From assembly GCA_963752155.1 (NCBI GenBank), contig CAVVXH010000010.1:320001-384000 (forward strand): DNA of 64,000 nucleotides, in the 5' to 3' direction. How positions within the stretch are numbered: position 1 is the stretch's first letter; each line of letters starts with the position of its first letter. Shown here piece by piece: positions 1-10,950 of this stretch. Made by a program: the position numbers and the translations under genes. The stretch comes from an uncultured Parachlamydiaceae bacterium. GTDB lineage: Bacteria; Chlamydiota; Chlamydiia; Chlamydiales; Parachlamydiaceae. Under the pieces are notes generated by a model, which worked only from the letters and a program-made list of their open reading frames with translations, was not told where the DNA came from and ran no database searches.

Positions 1-250
1 ATTCGTCGGAATCATTTTCTGGGCATAAGGTTCCAGCTAGTCGATCTTTGCGTAAATCATAGCTGACATTTTTGGATTTTGGATCGGAAATATAGGGAGA
101 GAGAAAACGATGCTCACTTTCATTGAGAGTGAAGGATAAAGAAGGAAAGTAAAGGACTTTGCCATTTTCTAAGCATTGTATCGCATGCTTTTGTATATTT
201 TCGTGAATTGGCTGATCCCATGCATTGAGGTCAATTTGTTCTAAAGGCAT
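1..250 (-). CDS. Kdo hydroxylase family protein (KdoO-like), 5' part only; runs off the window start
   Basis: Manual translation from ATG at 250: MPLEQIDLNAWDQPIHENIQKHAIQCLENGKVLYFPSLSFTLNESEHRFLSPYISDPKSKNVSYD... The LExGKVLYFPxLxF...DPKxKN(I/V)S pattern matches the N-terminus of Kdo hydroxylases. Not in the ORF track. Confidence 0.7.
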   Translation of the reverse strand, partial: MPLEQIDLNAWDQPIHENIQKHAIQCLENGKVLYFPSLSFTLNESEHRFLSPYISDPKSKNVSYDLRKDRLAGTLCPENDSDE

Positions 251-421
251 AGCATAATCCTTTGATTTAATCTTTCATTCTAATACACTTTTTAGAGGCT
301 AAAGAGATCACAAAGCTTTTTAAATCCATAAACCCTTCATCTGCAATCGATGAGCAAAAGTTACCACATTTCGGTAATTTATGCAATTACATTGCAATAT
401 CAAAAAGCCCAGCATTGGAAT

Positions 422-508
422 TGGAAGAGGTAGGATTTGAACCCACGGTACCATTGCTGGTACTTCTGTTTTCGAAACAGACGCATTCGGCCACTCTGCC
501 ACTCTTCC
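422..508 (-). tRNA. tRNA-Ser(CGA)
   Basis: Reverse complement GGAAGAGTGGCAGAGTGGCCGAATGCG-TCTGT-TTCGAAA-ACAGA, long variable arm, GTGGGTTCAAATCCTACCTCTTCCA; anticodon CGA. Confidence 0.95.
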
Positions 509-631
509 GGAAAAAATCTAGCTTGCAGTAAAAAGGGATAAAATGAAAGAAAAAAATCAACTTAGTTGGTCTCCGCACAAGCCTTTCATTTTGAATGTAC
601 AGCACAACTCAATTTTTCAACCTCTATTCCC

Positions 632-660
632 TTGCTAAAAAAGGACAATATTGCTACAAT
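632..660 (+). promoter_or_regulatory. Putative sigma66/sigma70 promoter for rpsU
   Basis: TTGCTA (632-637), 17-nt spacer, TACAAT (655-660). Confidence 0.45.
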
Positions 661-753
661 GAAAGCAGTAAGCAAGATAAATCCACATGATGTTAGTGGA
701 TAATTAACTTGATCTCATCTATGTTAGGCGAGGTCGACAACTAGGAAAATTCG

Positions 754-933
754 ATGACTTTAGTGAAAGTTCGTATTGGCGATTCAATAGACAAAGCTCT
801 TCGTGCTTTGAAAAAACGCTTGGATAAAGAAGGTGTAATGAAATCTGTGAAGGCTCATCGCTTTTACGTAAAACCTTCTGTTAAAAAGCGTGCAAAAGCT
901 AAAGCCGCTTTGAAATATAAGCGCGTACGCTAA
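754..933 (+). CDS. rpsU: 30S ribosomal protein S21
   Basis: Manual translation [59 protein letters not shown] (59 aa, below the ORF track cutoff); rpsU-dnaJ order. Confidence 0.95.
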   Translation: MTLVKVRIGDSIDKALRALKKRLDKEGVMKSVKAHRFYVKPSVKKRAKAKAALKYKRVR

Positions 934-1159
934 ATTTTTTCTTCCTTTTCAACTTTTTGGAAAGGGTGTAATATGTATATGTTGAGGTTTTTTACAGGCT
1001 ATAGTTTTCAACGTAAATGTTTGCCTTTGAATAGGCGACATTTACTTCAAAAACTTTTATCTTGAAAAAAACTCAATATGCCCCTTAGGGGCTGTGCTAT
1101 AATAACTTTATTGCATAGCTCCTTAATATCCTAACTGCATAACCCCCCTTTATGAAACC

Positions 1160-2314
1160 ATGTCTGATTATTATGAAGTTTTAGAATTAGCGCGTAGTGC
1201 CACGCAAGATGAAATTAAAAAGGCCTATCGTAAACAAGCTGTTAAGTATCATCCTGACAAAAATCCAGGAGACTCCGACGCGGAAAAGAAATTTAAAGAA
1301 ATCTCAGAGGCGTATGAAGTTTTAAGTGATGAGAAAAAACGGCAAATATACGATCGTTATGGAAAGTCTGCTCTTGGTGGGGCTGCAGGTCCTGGCGCTG
1401 GCGGTGGTCGAGGTTTTGAATCAATGGATGAGGCTCTACGTACCTTTATGAACGCTTTTGGGGGTATGGGGGGAGAAAATGTCTTTGAGAGTTTTTTTGG
1501 CGGCGATATGGGAGGCGGTGGTGGTGGCCGTTCCATGCGGCAAGGGGCTAGTAAGCGTGTAAATCTTACTTTATCCTTTGAAGATGCTGCTCGAGGAGTC
1601 GACAAGGAAATTGTAGTTTCAACTTTAGTGTCCTGCGCGACGTGTCATGGTGTCGGAACTGAAGATCCTAAAAATGTAAAAAAATGTGCTCGTTGCGGTG
1701 GTGCAGGTCAGGTTTATGAGCAGCGTGGATTTTTTGCTATGTCTTCAGTGTGCTCCCAGTGCCGCGGAGAAGGGAAAATTATTGCTAATCCATGTAAAAC
1801 ATGTCACGGGGAAGGTGTTGTCAAAGACAAACAGCATGTTAAAGTCCACATTCCAGCAGGAGTCGACACTGGTATGCGCTTAAAAATGAGCGGATATGGA
1901 GATGCTGGCCAAGGAGGGGGACCTCCAGGAGATCTTTTTGTTTTTATTACGGTTGAGCCACACGAAGTTTTTGAGCGTGAAGGGAATGATATTATTCTCG
2001 ATTTGCCGATTAGTTTTAGTGAGGCAGCCTTAGGCTGCAAAAAAGAAGTTCCTGCTCTTGGATCACATGTTTGTAGAATTTCCATTCCAGAGGGAACTCA
2101 AACAGGTAAAATTTTCCGCGTTAAAGGACAAGGTTTCACTTCTGTGCAAGGTCAAGGTAAGGGTGATCTTCTTGTTCGAGTGACTGTTGAAACGCCATCG
2201 CACCTAAGCGACAAGCAAAAGAGTCTTTTTGAGGAATTGGGATCTCTTGAAAATTCTGCCAATATGCCTAAGAGAAAGGGATTTTTGGATAAAATTAAAG
2301 ATCTCTTCTCGTAG
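1160..2314 (+). CDS. dnaJ: Molecular chaperone DnaJ
   Basis: J-domain with HPD, G/F-rich linker, four CxxCxGxG zinc-finger repeats, C-terminal domain. Confidence 0.98.
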   Translation: MSDYYEVLELARSATQDEIKKAYRKQAVKYHPDKNPGDSDAEKKFKEISEAYEVLSDEKKRQIYDRYGKSALGGAAGPGAGGGRGFESMDEALRTFMNAFGGMGGENVFESFFGGDMGGGGGGRSMRQGASKRVNLTLSFEDAARGVDKEIVVSTLVSCATCHGVGTEDPKNVKKCARCGGAGQVYEQRGFFAMSSVCSQCRGEGKIIANPCKTCHGEGVVKDKQHVKVHIPAGVDTGMRLKMSGYGDAGQGGGPPGDLFVFITVEPHEVFEREGNDIILDLPISFSEAALGCKKEVPALGSHVCRISIPEGTQTGKIFRVKGQGFTSVQGQGKGDLLVRVTVETPSHLSDKQKSLFEELGSLENSANMPKRKGFLDKIKDLFS

Positions 2315-2324
2315 AAAGAAAGCC

Positions 2325-2529
2325 CCTTGCCATTGGTGCCTGACCTGATATTCTGACATTTGCCTACAATGATAACGTAACCTCCAGGGAGGGCAAATGT
2401 CAGAATATCAGGTCAGGCACCAATGGCAAGGCGCGAACTTGTTATTTAGGAGACACGAAGGCACAAAGAGATCTTACATGTAAGATCTCTTTGTGCCTTC
2501 GTGCGTTTGTGTTTAATCTTTCCTATACT
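2325..2529. mobile_element. Palindromic MITE-like element, family A copy 1 (left end missing)
   Basis: Perfect 40-bp stem 2325-2364/2392-2431 plus a perfect 50-nt palindrome 2454-2503; homologous to 17034-17324 and 20486-20709. Confidence 0.8.
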
Positions 2530-2532
2530 AAA

Positions 2533-3555
2533 TTAAGTGTCGATACTGTTAGGAATAGCCTTTCCTTGAGCTTCGTCAGGTTCTGGAGATTTTTCGGAGA
2601 GATCAGAGTCTGATTCAGGATCATCTAGCTCACTTTTAAAATCTCTTTTACCTAATCGTTCAAACTGTTTCAACTTCTCTTTTAATTCGTCGATTTCTTT
2701 ATCTCTTTTTTTGATCTCAAAGTTTGCATGATTTAATTCTATTGTCGTAGCTGTGTTATTGGCGTGTAGTTCATTTTTTGAGGTTTCGAGCTGGGAGAGA
2801 GTTTTCTTGAGTTCTTCGATTTCTTTTTCTTGAGAACTTGATTGGCCTACTAATCCAGCTTGAGAAGTTTCGACTGCTAGCATCTTCTCTTTGAGATCAG
2901 TGTACTCATTAAATAATTGAGATCGGTTTTCTTCTGTTTCTTTCAATGAATCTTTAAGATCAGAAATAGTTTTATTCAGGGATACGATCGTCTGTTCATT
3001 CTCTTCTATTTTTGAATTTAATTCTTTTGTTGAGATCTCCATTTTATTTATAAGTGCCTTAAGATTTGTGACATCTTCTAATGTTTGGGATGAAAAGGCG
3101 GTTTGTAATTTTTTGTTTGCTTCCTCAAGCTTTCTTTCAAGTTCACGGATTTCTCCAGTTTTGTCATCGATTTTCTTTTGTAAAGTGACACTAACATCTT
3201 TGGTAACTTCGTGGCGATGTTTTGCGTACAAAACTTGAGTTGCCAGATCTTTTGGATCTAGAATGTGAGCAATTAATCTTTGAATTTCAACGTCTTTAGT
3301 TAAACTTGTCGCTCTATCTTTAACTTTTTTTATTTCTTCGGGTGCGGTTTTAAGGTATCCAATAAATATTTGAAATTGACGCCATATCTTTCCTAGTAAG
3401 GAAGAAGGTTTTGTTTCTATGATCACAAGATGGCCTCGTTTAACGGCTAATTCGCATTCAATTTGCTTTTTATCAGCTTCCATTTTTTCGTATCGTTGGA
3501 TTGTATATAAATTACTTGCCGCATAATTGAAATCTGAAATTAATGTATTGCTCAT
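2533..3555 (-). CDS. Coiled-coil hypothetical protein (possible secreted effector)
   Basis: 340-aa ORF with long E/K/L heptad region, amphipathic SLLGKIWRQFQIFIG segment near the N-terminus and an acidic tail. Confidence 0.7.
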   Translation of the reverse strand: MSNTLISDFNYAASNLYTIQRYEKMEADKKQIECELAVKRGHLVIIETKPSSLLGKIWRQFQIFIGYLKTAPEEIKKVKDRATSLTKDVEIQRLIAHILDPKDLATQVLYAKHRHEVTKDVSVTLQKKIDDKTGEIRELERKLEEANKKLQTAFSSQTLEDVTNLKALINKMEISTKELNSKIEENEQTIVSLNKTISDLKDSLKETEENRSQLFNEYTDLKEKMLAVETSQAGLVGQSSSQEKEIEELKKTLSQLETSKNELHANNTATTIELNHANFEIKKRDKEIDELKEKLKQFERLGKRDFKSELDDPESDSDLSEKSPEPDEAQGKAIPNSIDT

Positions 3556-3691
3556 GTCAAAACCTTTGTTTAGTTAGGTGGGTATATCAGGTGTGGTTCA
3601 AGCTTGAAGCCACATTGATATATCTTAAAGCGAATGTTAATCAATTTTAGATTTTTAGTAAAGAGGATTAACCAGGCAGCAAAGGCAGGCG

Positions 3692-4465
3692 CTAAAAATA
3701 AATAACCTTGCCCACTTTATCCTGGGGAGCTATGCACATTTCCAATTCTATTCCTTTTCGGCTCAATTGTTCTTGGACAACTCCTAGAGCTTTTTCAGGA
3801 GAGTTGCATTCGCTTGAAAGATGTGCAAGATGGACATGTCTTAATTTAGAATGAAAAACTTCACAGAGCAGTTGACCGCAAGCTTCATTCGAGAGGTGCC
3901 CCGTTCGGCTAAGAACACGTTGTTTGTAAACCGCTGGGCGCGCAGAGGCATGTACCATCGATGGCTCATGGTTAGCTTCTAGATATAGATAGTCGCAGCC
4001 ACTTAACTGATTCTGAACTAATGTCGTCGCAAATCCTAAGTCAGCACAAAATCCAAGTTTTAAAGAATCGATTTTAATCGTGAAGGCTACTGGATCTAAA
4101 GTATCATGTTGAATACTAAAAGGATGAATTTCCATATCCCCAAATTCAAAGGTCTCCCCAGTAGAAAAAATCTTGAATTTTGGGCATTCATGAAAGCAAT
4201 TGACAATCCCTTTAGCAGTCTCACTATTTGCAAAAACAGGAATTCCCATCTTGTAGGCAAGCATTTTAAGCCCTAAAATATGATCCGTATGTTCATGTGT
4301 AATGAGAATGGCATCGATGTCGGCAAGATCTACATTGATTTCGGCAAGACGTTCTTTAGTCGCTTTGGCACTAAGGCCTGCATCAATAAGCAGTTTGGAT
4401 CGTTTTGTTCCCACATAAATACTATTTCCCTTAGATCCGGAGGCAAGTGGACAAAATCCTTCCAT
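3692..4465 (-). CDS. MBL-fold metallo-hydrolase (YycJ/WalJ-like)
   Basis: LASGSKGN, LIDAG, THEHTDH, EANHE, GHLSN and LAHLS motifs. Confidence 0.9.
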   Translation of the reverse strand: MEGFCPLASGSKGNSIYVGTKRSKLLIDAGLSAKATKERLAEINVDLADIDAILITHEHTDHILGLKMLAYKMGIPVFANSETAKGIVNCFHECPKFKIFSTGETFEFGDMEIHPFSIQHDTLDPVAFTIKIDSLKLGFCADLGFATTLVQNQLSGCDYLYLEANHEPSMVHASARPAVYKQRVLSRTGHLSNEACGQLLCEVFHSKLRHVHLAHLSSECNSPEKALGVVQEQLSRKGIELEMCIAPQDKVGKVIYF

Positions 4466-4476
4466 GCGAAATACCT

Positions 4477-6968
4477 TTATTTTAGCTCATCATTATCATC
4501 ATCATCGTCTTTATTTTCATCTGAAAATTCGTCACTTCCTTTTGACAGTTTACTTGCGACATTTTGCACGAGGACTTTGCGGGCTTTACTCCCATCTGGC
4601 ATTCCAACGATTCCATTTTTCTCTAATTCATCCATTAAACTAGCTGCACGAGCATATCCAATTTTAAGTTTTCTCTGTAGAAATGTCGTTGACGCATTCC
4701 CTGTGCTTTGAACGGTATCCAGAGCTTGTTCATACAGCGTATCGGAAGATGAATATGAAGATTCCGAATCTCCATCCTCATCATCAATGCGACCACTCTT
4801 ACCGAGCTTATCAAATGAAGCAATTTTGTAATTTGGTGGGGCCTGATCACAGATATGTTTGATGACATTATTGATGTCTTCATCGCGGATAAAAGCCCCC
4901 TGGGCTCGAATCAAATGGGAGCTAGCCGGCGGCAAAAATAGCATGTCCCCATTTCCTAAGAGCGATTCAGCACCCACTTCATCTAGGATAATTTGACTAT
5001 TAATTCGGCTTGCGACTTTGAAAGAGATCCGCGTCGGAAAGTTTGCCTTGATTAGACCTGTGATGACTTCTCGTGATGGGCGTTGCGTGGCAAGAATCAG
5101 GTGGATCCCAACAGCTCGGGCCATCTGAGCAATCCGAGCAATCGGCGTTTCAATATCGCTGCTAGAGACCATCATGAGGTCTGCAAGCTCATCGACAATG
5201 CAGACGATGTAGGGAAGCTTTTCCGGAATTTCTATGTCAAGAGATTCTTCAAAACTTTTATCAATCGTACGTGTATTGAATGCATCAATATTGCGATTGC
5301 CGGTGGATTTCAATAATTCATAGCGCTTTTCCATTTCCTTGACGAGCCAATGAAGGGCTGCAGCAGCACCTTGAGGCTCAGTGATCACCGGAGCTAACAT
5401 ATGGGGGAGACGTGTATACGGAGTCAATTCGACCTTTTTGGGATCGATCATGATCATTTTGATTTCATCAGGCTTAGCAGTGAGTAAAATCGACATGACG
5501 ATCGTATTGATGCATACAGATTTTCCTGAACCCGTTGCCCCGGCAATGATGCAATGAGGCATTTTAGTCAAATCGTTCATGACATAATCCCCATTGACAG
5601 CCTTACCAAGCAATACTGGAATGTGAAATTTACGTCCAGATTGCTGGTAAGCAAGCAACATATCCTTAAAGCCTACTTCTTGAGGCTGAGGATTAGGAAT
5701 TTCGATTCCCACAGCAGCTTTTCCTGGAATAGGAGCAATGATTCGAATCGATTTTGCTTCCATATTGAGAGCAATATCGTTTTCTAGAGCCTTGATTTTC
5801 TGTACTTTGACTCCAATCGACGGATGGACCTCAAAAGAATTGATTGTCGGGCCACAGTTAATTTGGCCTACTTTAGCTTCGATGCCAAAACTCAAAAGAG
5901 TCTCCTCAAGGACTTCAGCTTGACGCTTCAGATCTAGTTTTAAAGAACTTTGATCTACTTTCTTGGCGATGCTTAGAAGATTCGGACCCGGCACGACGAA
6001 AGTCGTAAAATCACCATTGTGGACACGTTGGGCATCTATGGCATCCAACCGTTTTTGGTCGCGACTTGCCGGTGCAGGTGTCGGGCGTGCTGGGGTAGGT
6101 TTTGGCCGATAGATTGATTCTTTAGAAGGTTCAGGTGAAGTGCTTTTTTTATTTGATATAGAAGGGCGTTCAGTGAGATGGACGTCAGGCTGAATACCAA
6201 GTAGTTCATGTTGTTGCGGCTGGGTACCTGTAGTGTTTTGTGTTTGTGGTGATGTGGATTGAGGAATGCGCAATTTGACATAGCGTAAAAATCCGTTTGT
6301 CCGAGGAGGAAGGGAAGTCGCAGGTTGAGCCGTGGATTGATCATTTTGAGTATCTTCTGGAGAAGAAAATAAACGAAGGACTTTTTCAAGTAGCTCTGCC
6401 GGAGACGTTTTAGCTAACAAGAGCAAGCTGGCAATGAATGCGCTGCCGGCGATGATGGCGATGCCGATGTTGTTAAAGATGCGATGTAAATTAATGACCG
6501 GTAGATGGTGGTAGATATAATGAAAAGGAGCCCCACCAAGATGAGGGCGGAGTTTACCTTCCCATGGTGCAGGGTAAAAGGTTCTTTTTAAGAAGCTTCC
6601 AGCTGTAGGTAGGCTATCATCAATGACACAAAGAAGCAGGCAAAAAGACAAAAGCATTAATGAAAAGTGAAGAGTCGTTTGTGCGGTGAAGGTGTTGCTT
6701 TTTTTAAAAATTAAGTTCCAACTCATCCAAATGGTATAAAAACAAAGGAGATAGCTGCCCAACCCAAAAAGTGAATGAAAAATCCAGCCCAGATTTTGTC
6801 CCATGATGCCCAAAATGGTGCTATCAGGGCTATCAAAGGAGTAGCTAAGTAAACTGAGTAATGTTAATAAAGAGAGAGACAAGACCCATAAGGCTCGTAC
6901 TTCGTGAGAATTTGTTTGAGGTGGAGGAGCTTTCGATTTGTTTTTTTTTTAGGTTGCTTTTGCGCCAT
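4477..6968 (-). CDS. ftsK: DNA translocase FtsK (apparent frameshift in the 10-T run at 6941-6950)
   Basis: N-terminal TM segments, IRIIAPIPGK, Walker A GATGSGKS, IVDELADLMM, LATQRPS, C-terminal gamma domain LQRKLKIGYARAA. ATG at 6968 joins the 801-aa frame if the homopolymer is one base longer. Confidence 0.95.
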
Positions 6969-7003
6969 AACAATGGATTCGAGAAGAGCATTTAAATCGA
7001 AAA

Positions 7004-7081
7004 TGGGCGATCGACGGGATTCGAACCCGCGACATCCGGAACCACAATCCGGAGCTCTAGACCAACTGAGCTACGATCGCC
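7004..7081 (-). tRNA. tRNA-His(GTG)
   Basis: Reverse complement GGCGATCGTAGCTCAGTTGGTCTAGAGCT-CCGGA-TTGTGGT-TCCGG-ATGTCGCGGGTTCGAATCCCGTCGATCGCCCA; anticodon GTG, extra 5' G. Confidence 0.95.
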
Positions 7082-7139
7082 AAGAATAAACATATCTTGC
7101 ACCATTTGTGAATTTTCCGTCAATAGAGAGAATTGAAAT

Positions 7140-8693
7140 TTAAATAAAAGCCCAGTCATCAATCTCTTCATTTCTACTTTCAGCATATGCAAAAGCCATC
7201 ATTCCAAAAATGAAACAAATGCAAAGGCAACCGATCACAACCTCAATAGAAAGGGAAGAAATTCGCCAAAAAGATTCAAGTGAGGCTGGTATTTCATGAA
7301 CATAGCCCAACATAAAGTGAGTATAACGATCATTTATTGCATGAATGAGGTTTCCCAGAGGTTCAAATATAAGTCCCAACAAGGTTCCTACAAGTAAAAA
7401 TGTCATCGATACAGACACCATGAACGGAAAAAAAAGATTGTAAAAAAGACCCATCACCGGGAATTTTTGAAAATAAAAGAAAGTTAATGGTAAAGCTACA
7501 CTGTTGACAGCAAGCGTTAAGGCAATCGCTTGTCGGCACCAGTTTAAAAATAGATATCCATGTTGTGTTAAAGAATTCATTTGGATGGCAAGGCTTAGGG
7601 GTCTTTTAAAAAAAATCGATTGTAAAAGCTTGTCCCCGATAGGATACAGCATCAAAATAGCTCCTGTAGCTACAAAGCTGAATTGGAATCCCATATTTAA
7701 GGAAAATAGAGGGTCAAAAATAAGAAGGATGAATAGGGCTATGCCTAAGGAATTAAGTCCATTGCTTTTTCTTTCTATCAGAAGGCTAAACAATACCAGA
7801 ATAGAGGTTATCCAGGCCCTTAGAATTGACGGTGCACATCCAAGAAAAACAAAATATGAAGTCAGTAGAAATATCAGCAACAGTGTAGCCTGCCTTCTAG
7901 GAAGGAGAAGTCCTAGGATCGCATTTAAAATTGCAGCTACAATGGCAAAGTGGAAGCCTGAAATAGCCATGATATGCAAGAGGCCGAAGCGACCGAATTC
8001 ATAAGACATGAGTCGATCTTGGAACTCTCCGGTTGCAATTCCGGTCAGAAATACTGCACTGCGTGGGTTTTGAATATGTTTACGGATATATTCCCCGACA
8101 GCTTGTTTGGCGTCAAACCGAAATTTTGCAAGACTTAAGGTTCCGCTAATAGGGATCCAAGGTTGATCTTTTTTAGGATTCAAAATATAGCGTTGTGGAG
8201 CTACTTCAACCAATGATCCTTGAATTAAGTAGGAATAGGAAGGTGTTGGGGGAATGAGATTTGACGCTAGTTGAATTGTTGCTGGAATATTGGCGGCGAC
8301 TACGGTTTTTCCCACAACGAAAGAGCGAATTTTACCGTTGTAGCGCCAGGCGGTACCATAGTGTTTAAGCACATTTGAGAAGCCATCGATCTCAAAATAA
8401 GCTTCTCCAATGAGTTCAGGCTCAGTTAATTTTGGAAATTTTATGGTTGTTTTGACATAGGCAAAAGCAGAAATAAATAATAAAATGGTCAGTCCTAAAC
8501 TTAGGAGCTCTTTTTTATTTTTGATTTTAAACAAAAAAGGGATCAGGATCAAAAAAAGGGGAACCCAAAAAATAAGATGGTAGCGTAGAGCAAAGGAGCA
8601 TCCCATTAGAAACGCAATCCCATATAGGAGTCCTGGATGTCGTAGCCAAAATTTAATATTGGCTTGGATGAACAGTTCGGTTAAATTATTCAT
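7140..8693 (-). CDS. comEC: ComEC/Rec2 family competence membrane protein
   Basis: GLLHIMAISGFH, PSILRA, GFQFSF motifs and many TM helices; no C-terminal MBL domain. Confidence 0.9.
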   Translation of the reverse strand: MNNLTELFIQANIKFWLRHPGLLYGIAFLMGCSFALRYHLIFWVPLFLILIPFLFKIKNKKELLSLGLTILLFISAFAYVKTTIKFPKLTEPELIGEAYFEIDGFSNVLKHYGTAWRYNGKIRSFVVGKTVVAANIPATIQLASNLIPPTPSYSYLIQGSLVEVAPQRYILNPKKDQPWIPISGTLSLAKFRFDAKQAVGEYIRKHIQNPRSAVFLTGIATGEFQDRLMSYEFGRFGLLHIMAISGFHFAIVAAILNAILGLLLPRRQATLLLIFLLTSYFVFLGCAPSILRAWITSILVLFSLLIERKSNGLNSLGIALFILLIFDPLFSLNMGFQFSFVATGAILMLYPIGDKLLQSIFFKRPLSLAIQMNSLTQHGYLFLNWCRQAIALTLAVNSVALPLTFFYFQKFPVMGLFYNLFFPFMVSVSMTFLLVGTLLGLIFEPLGNLIHAINDRYTHFMLGYVHEIPASLESFWRISSLSIEVVIGCLCICFIFGMMAFAYAESRNEEIDDWAFI

Positions 8694-8741
8694 TTTTCCT
8701 CATTTCAGAAAATTGTCTATTTTGGTAAAAGTAAAGTATTA

Positions 8742-8844
8742 AGGGACTGTTCAACAATAACTTGCACGATTGGGCTGCGCCAAGTCCCTTACCACGGGAG
8801 CTTTCGCGTTGTCCAATCGAACAAGTTATTATTGAACAGTCCCT
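8742..8844. repeat. Palindromic element between divergent comEC and the SMI1 gene
   Basis: AGGGACTGTTCAACAATAACTTG ... CAAGTTATTATTGAACAGTCCCT arms with an inner CGATTGG/CCAATCG stem. Confidence 0.7.
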
Positions 8845-8872
8845 AAGGATTTTATGCAAAGGATATGCTGCG

Positions 8873-9688
8873 ATGGATAAGCACGTCGATGAATTTTATC
8901 AATGTCTATCAGAAGATTCTCCTAAGGGGAGATTTCATGATGTAATTCCTTTGCATCTCAGGACCGATATGTCTTGGTCTGAAATTGTTGAAAAGGTCCC
9001 TCAGATGTCGCGAGGGTGGTATGAGTTGTCTCGTATTTCTGCCAAAGATCGAATAGAATTTACCTACGATCATTGGTGCGAGATGATGCCTTATAATCCA
9101 CGGACAGAAACCGCTTTAGAACATTTTTTTGCTTCTTTAGATGATATCGGTATTTTTTTGGTCCAAAAAATGGGTAGTGAGCCTTACAGGGTTGAAATGG
9201 TTTATAGTTTAGGTAATAATTCTGGCTTTTATCGAGGAGGCTTGCCTGCTGACGAATCGGATATCGTTAACTTACAAAAGTACTTCGAAAAATATATCCT
9301 GCCAGAAGATTATCTGGCATTCTTGCAAATTCATAATGGGTTTTGGAAAACAACTGATTGTTCAGGAATTGCTCGTGCTGCAGATCTTTCAAAACAATAT
9401 GAAAAATTTCAAGAGCTTTTAAGTAAAGAAGGTTCCATTTCTACTTCCAAAGGTGAACCCGTTGACCCCAAATCCCTTATTCCTTTTTATGAGTCATTTG
9501 GAATGCCTTATTATCAATGTTTTTGGGGAGAGTGGTATCCTGAGCAAGAAATGGGAAATGTTTATTATTCAAGCGAGGTTAAGGCTATACCAAGCGTGGT
9601 GAATCTTAAAGGGGAAGACCTCTTTGCTGCCTTAGCTTTTCCTACGTTTGGGGATTGGCTGGCTTTTTATTTAGAACCGATAGATTAA
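8873..9688 (+). CDS. SMI1/KNR4 family protein (chlamydial conserved type)
   Basis: LPEDYLAFLQIHNG core, LIPFY and FPTFGDWL motifs; ATG 8873 preferred because the longer start lies inside the palindrome. Confidence 0.75.
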   Translation: MDKHVDEFYQCLSEDSPKGRFHDVIPLHLRTDMSWSEIVEKVPQMSRGWYELSRISAKDRIEFTYDHWCEMMPYNPRTETALEHFFASLDDIGIFLVQKMGSEPYRVEMVYSLGNNSGFYRGGLPADESDIVNLQKYFEKYILPEDYLAFLQIHNGFWKTTDCSGIARAADLSKQYEKFQELLSKEGSISTSKGEPVDPKSLIPFYESFGMPYYQCFWGEWYPEQEMGNVYYSSEVKAIPSVVNLKGEDLFAALAFPTFGDWLAFYLEPID

Positions 9689-9689
9689 T

Positions 9690-10655
9690 ATGTATTCAGT
9701 AGAAACATTATTTAATAGCCACAAAGAACGTTTAGAGTTAGAACTTGTGGCTGGTTCTAAAGGAATTAAACGTAGGATTAAAGTACCGGAAGTCCAGCGT
9801 CCAGGTCTTAGCTTGGCAGGGTATCTCAAAAACTATGCTGGAAGGCGCATTTTAATTTTTGGTCGTGTGGAAATCCAATATCTAAAAGATCTAGATCATG
9901 AATTACGTATCGAAAGGCTTAAAGCTATTCTCACAAAATCTACCCCAGCTGTCATTGTCACTAGGAAATTTAATCCACCTAAAGAATTACAAACTCTGTG
10001 CGAGGAAAATCATCTTCCTCTTTTTCGCTCAAATATGTCTACGATGAACCTTTTAGGTAAGCTTACATTACTTTTAATTGATGAGTTCGCTTCAAGTACA
10101 AGTCAACATGGTACGCTCGTTGAAGTCTTCGGAGTCGGAGTGTTGATCCAAGGTCATTCCTCAGTAGGTAAAAGTGAAGCCGCACTGGGATTAATCGAAC
10201 GTGGACATCGATTGATCTCTGATGATATAGTGAGAATAAAAAAACGGGAAGAAACTTATCTGGAAGGATACGGGGCGGAGCTTACTCGCCACCATATGGA
10301 GATTAGAGGGATTGGAATTATCAATGTCGCCCACTTATATGGAGCAATATGTGTACGAGATCATAAAAGTATTGATCTTGTTGTTGAACTTGAAACTTGG
10401 GATGATTTAAATTTTTATGATCGTGTGGGTTTAGATGCAAAATATACCAATATTTTGGGAATAAAATTGCCGTTTCATATTCTTCCAGTTAAACCTGGAC
10501 GTGATGTGGTATTGCTTTTGGAAACGATAGCTCTAAATCACCGCTTAAAGGGGATGGGGTATAATTCTGCTAAAGAATTTAACTCCAAACTGTTGGACCT
10601 TATCTCATTAAAACATCCAAGAAAATCTTTTTTACCTAAGAATGAACATGAATGA
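9690..10655 (+). CDS. hprK: HPr(Ser) kinase/phosphorylase
   Basis: RPGLSLAGY, HGTLVEVFGVGVLIQGHSSVGKSE Walker A, LISDD, MEIRGIGIIN, PVKPGR. Confidence 0.96.
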   Translation: MYSVETLFNSHKERLELELVAGSKGIKRRIKVPEVQRPGLSLAGYLKNYAGRRILIFGRVEIQYLKDLDHELRIERLKAILTKSTPAVIVTRKFNPPKELQTLCEENHLPLFRSNMSTMNLLGKLTLLLIDEFASSTSQHGTLVEVFGVGVLIQGHSSVGKSEAALGLIERGHRLISDDIVRIKKREETYLEGYGAELTRHHMEIRGIGIINVAHLYGAICVRDHKSIDLVVELETWDDLNFYDRVGLDAKYTNILGIKLPFHILPVKPGRDVVLLLETIALNHRLKGMGYNSAKEFNSKLLDLISLKHPRKSFLPKNEHE

Positions 10656-10950
10656 GGAAGTTATTTTGAATAAAGTGATCTCTTGTGTAAAGGTCAAAAA
10701 TAAAATGGGTCTCCATACAAGACCTGCGACGGTGATTGTCCAATTACTACAGAATTTCAAGTGCAATGTGCATTTTAAATGTAGAAAGGAGACCATCAAT
10801 GCTAAAAGTATTTTCAATATTTTGATACTCGCAGCTCAAAAGAATTCTAAAATCACAATTATTGCTGACGGAATTGATGCTGAAGAGGCTACAGCAAAGC
10901 TTATTGAAGCATTTGAAAATGAATTTGGAGAATGTTCCCCATGCAAATAA
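10642..10950 (+). CDS. ptsH: Phosphocarrier protein HPr
   Basis: GLHTRPA (His15 site) and NAKSI (Ser46 site). Confidence 0.95.
   Translation: MNMNEEVILNKVISCVKVKNKMGLHTRPATVIVQLLQNFKCNVHFKCRKETINAKSIFNILILAAQKNSKITIIADGIDAEEATAKLIEAFENEFGECSPCK

Noticed and set aside
320..605. Short ORFs over tRNA-Ser (also 6904-7192 over tRNA-His)
   Set aside because: They overlap clear tRNA genes.
934..1159. CIRCE operator upstream of dnaJ
   Set aside because: No TTAGCACTC-N9-GAGTGCTAA match seen.
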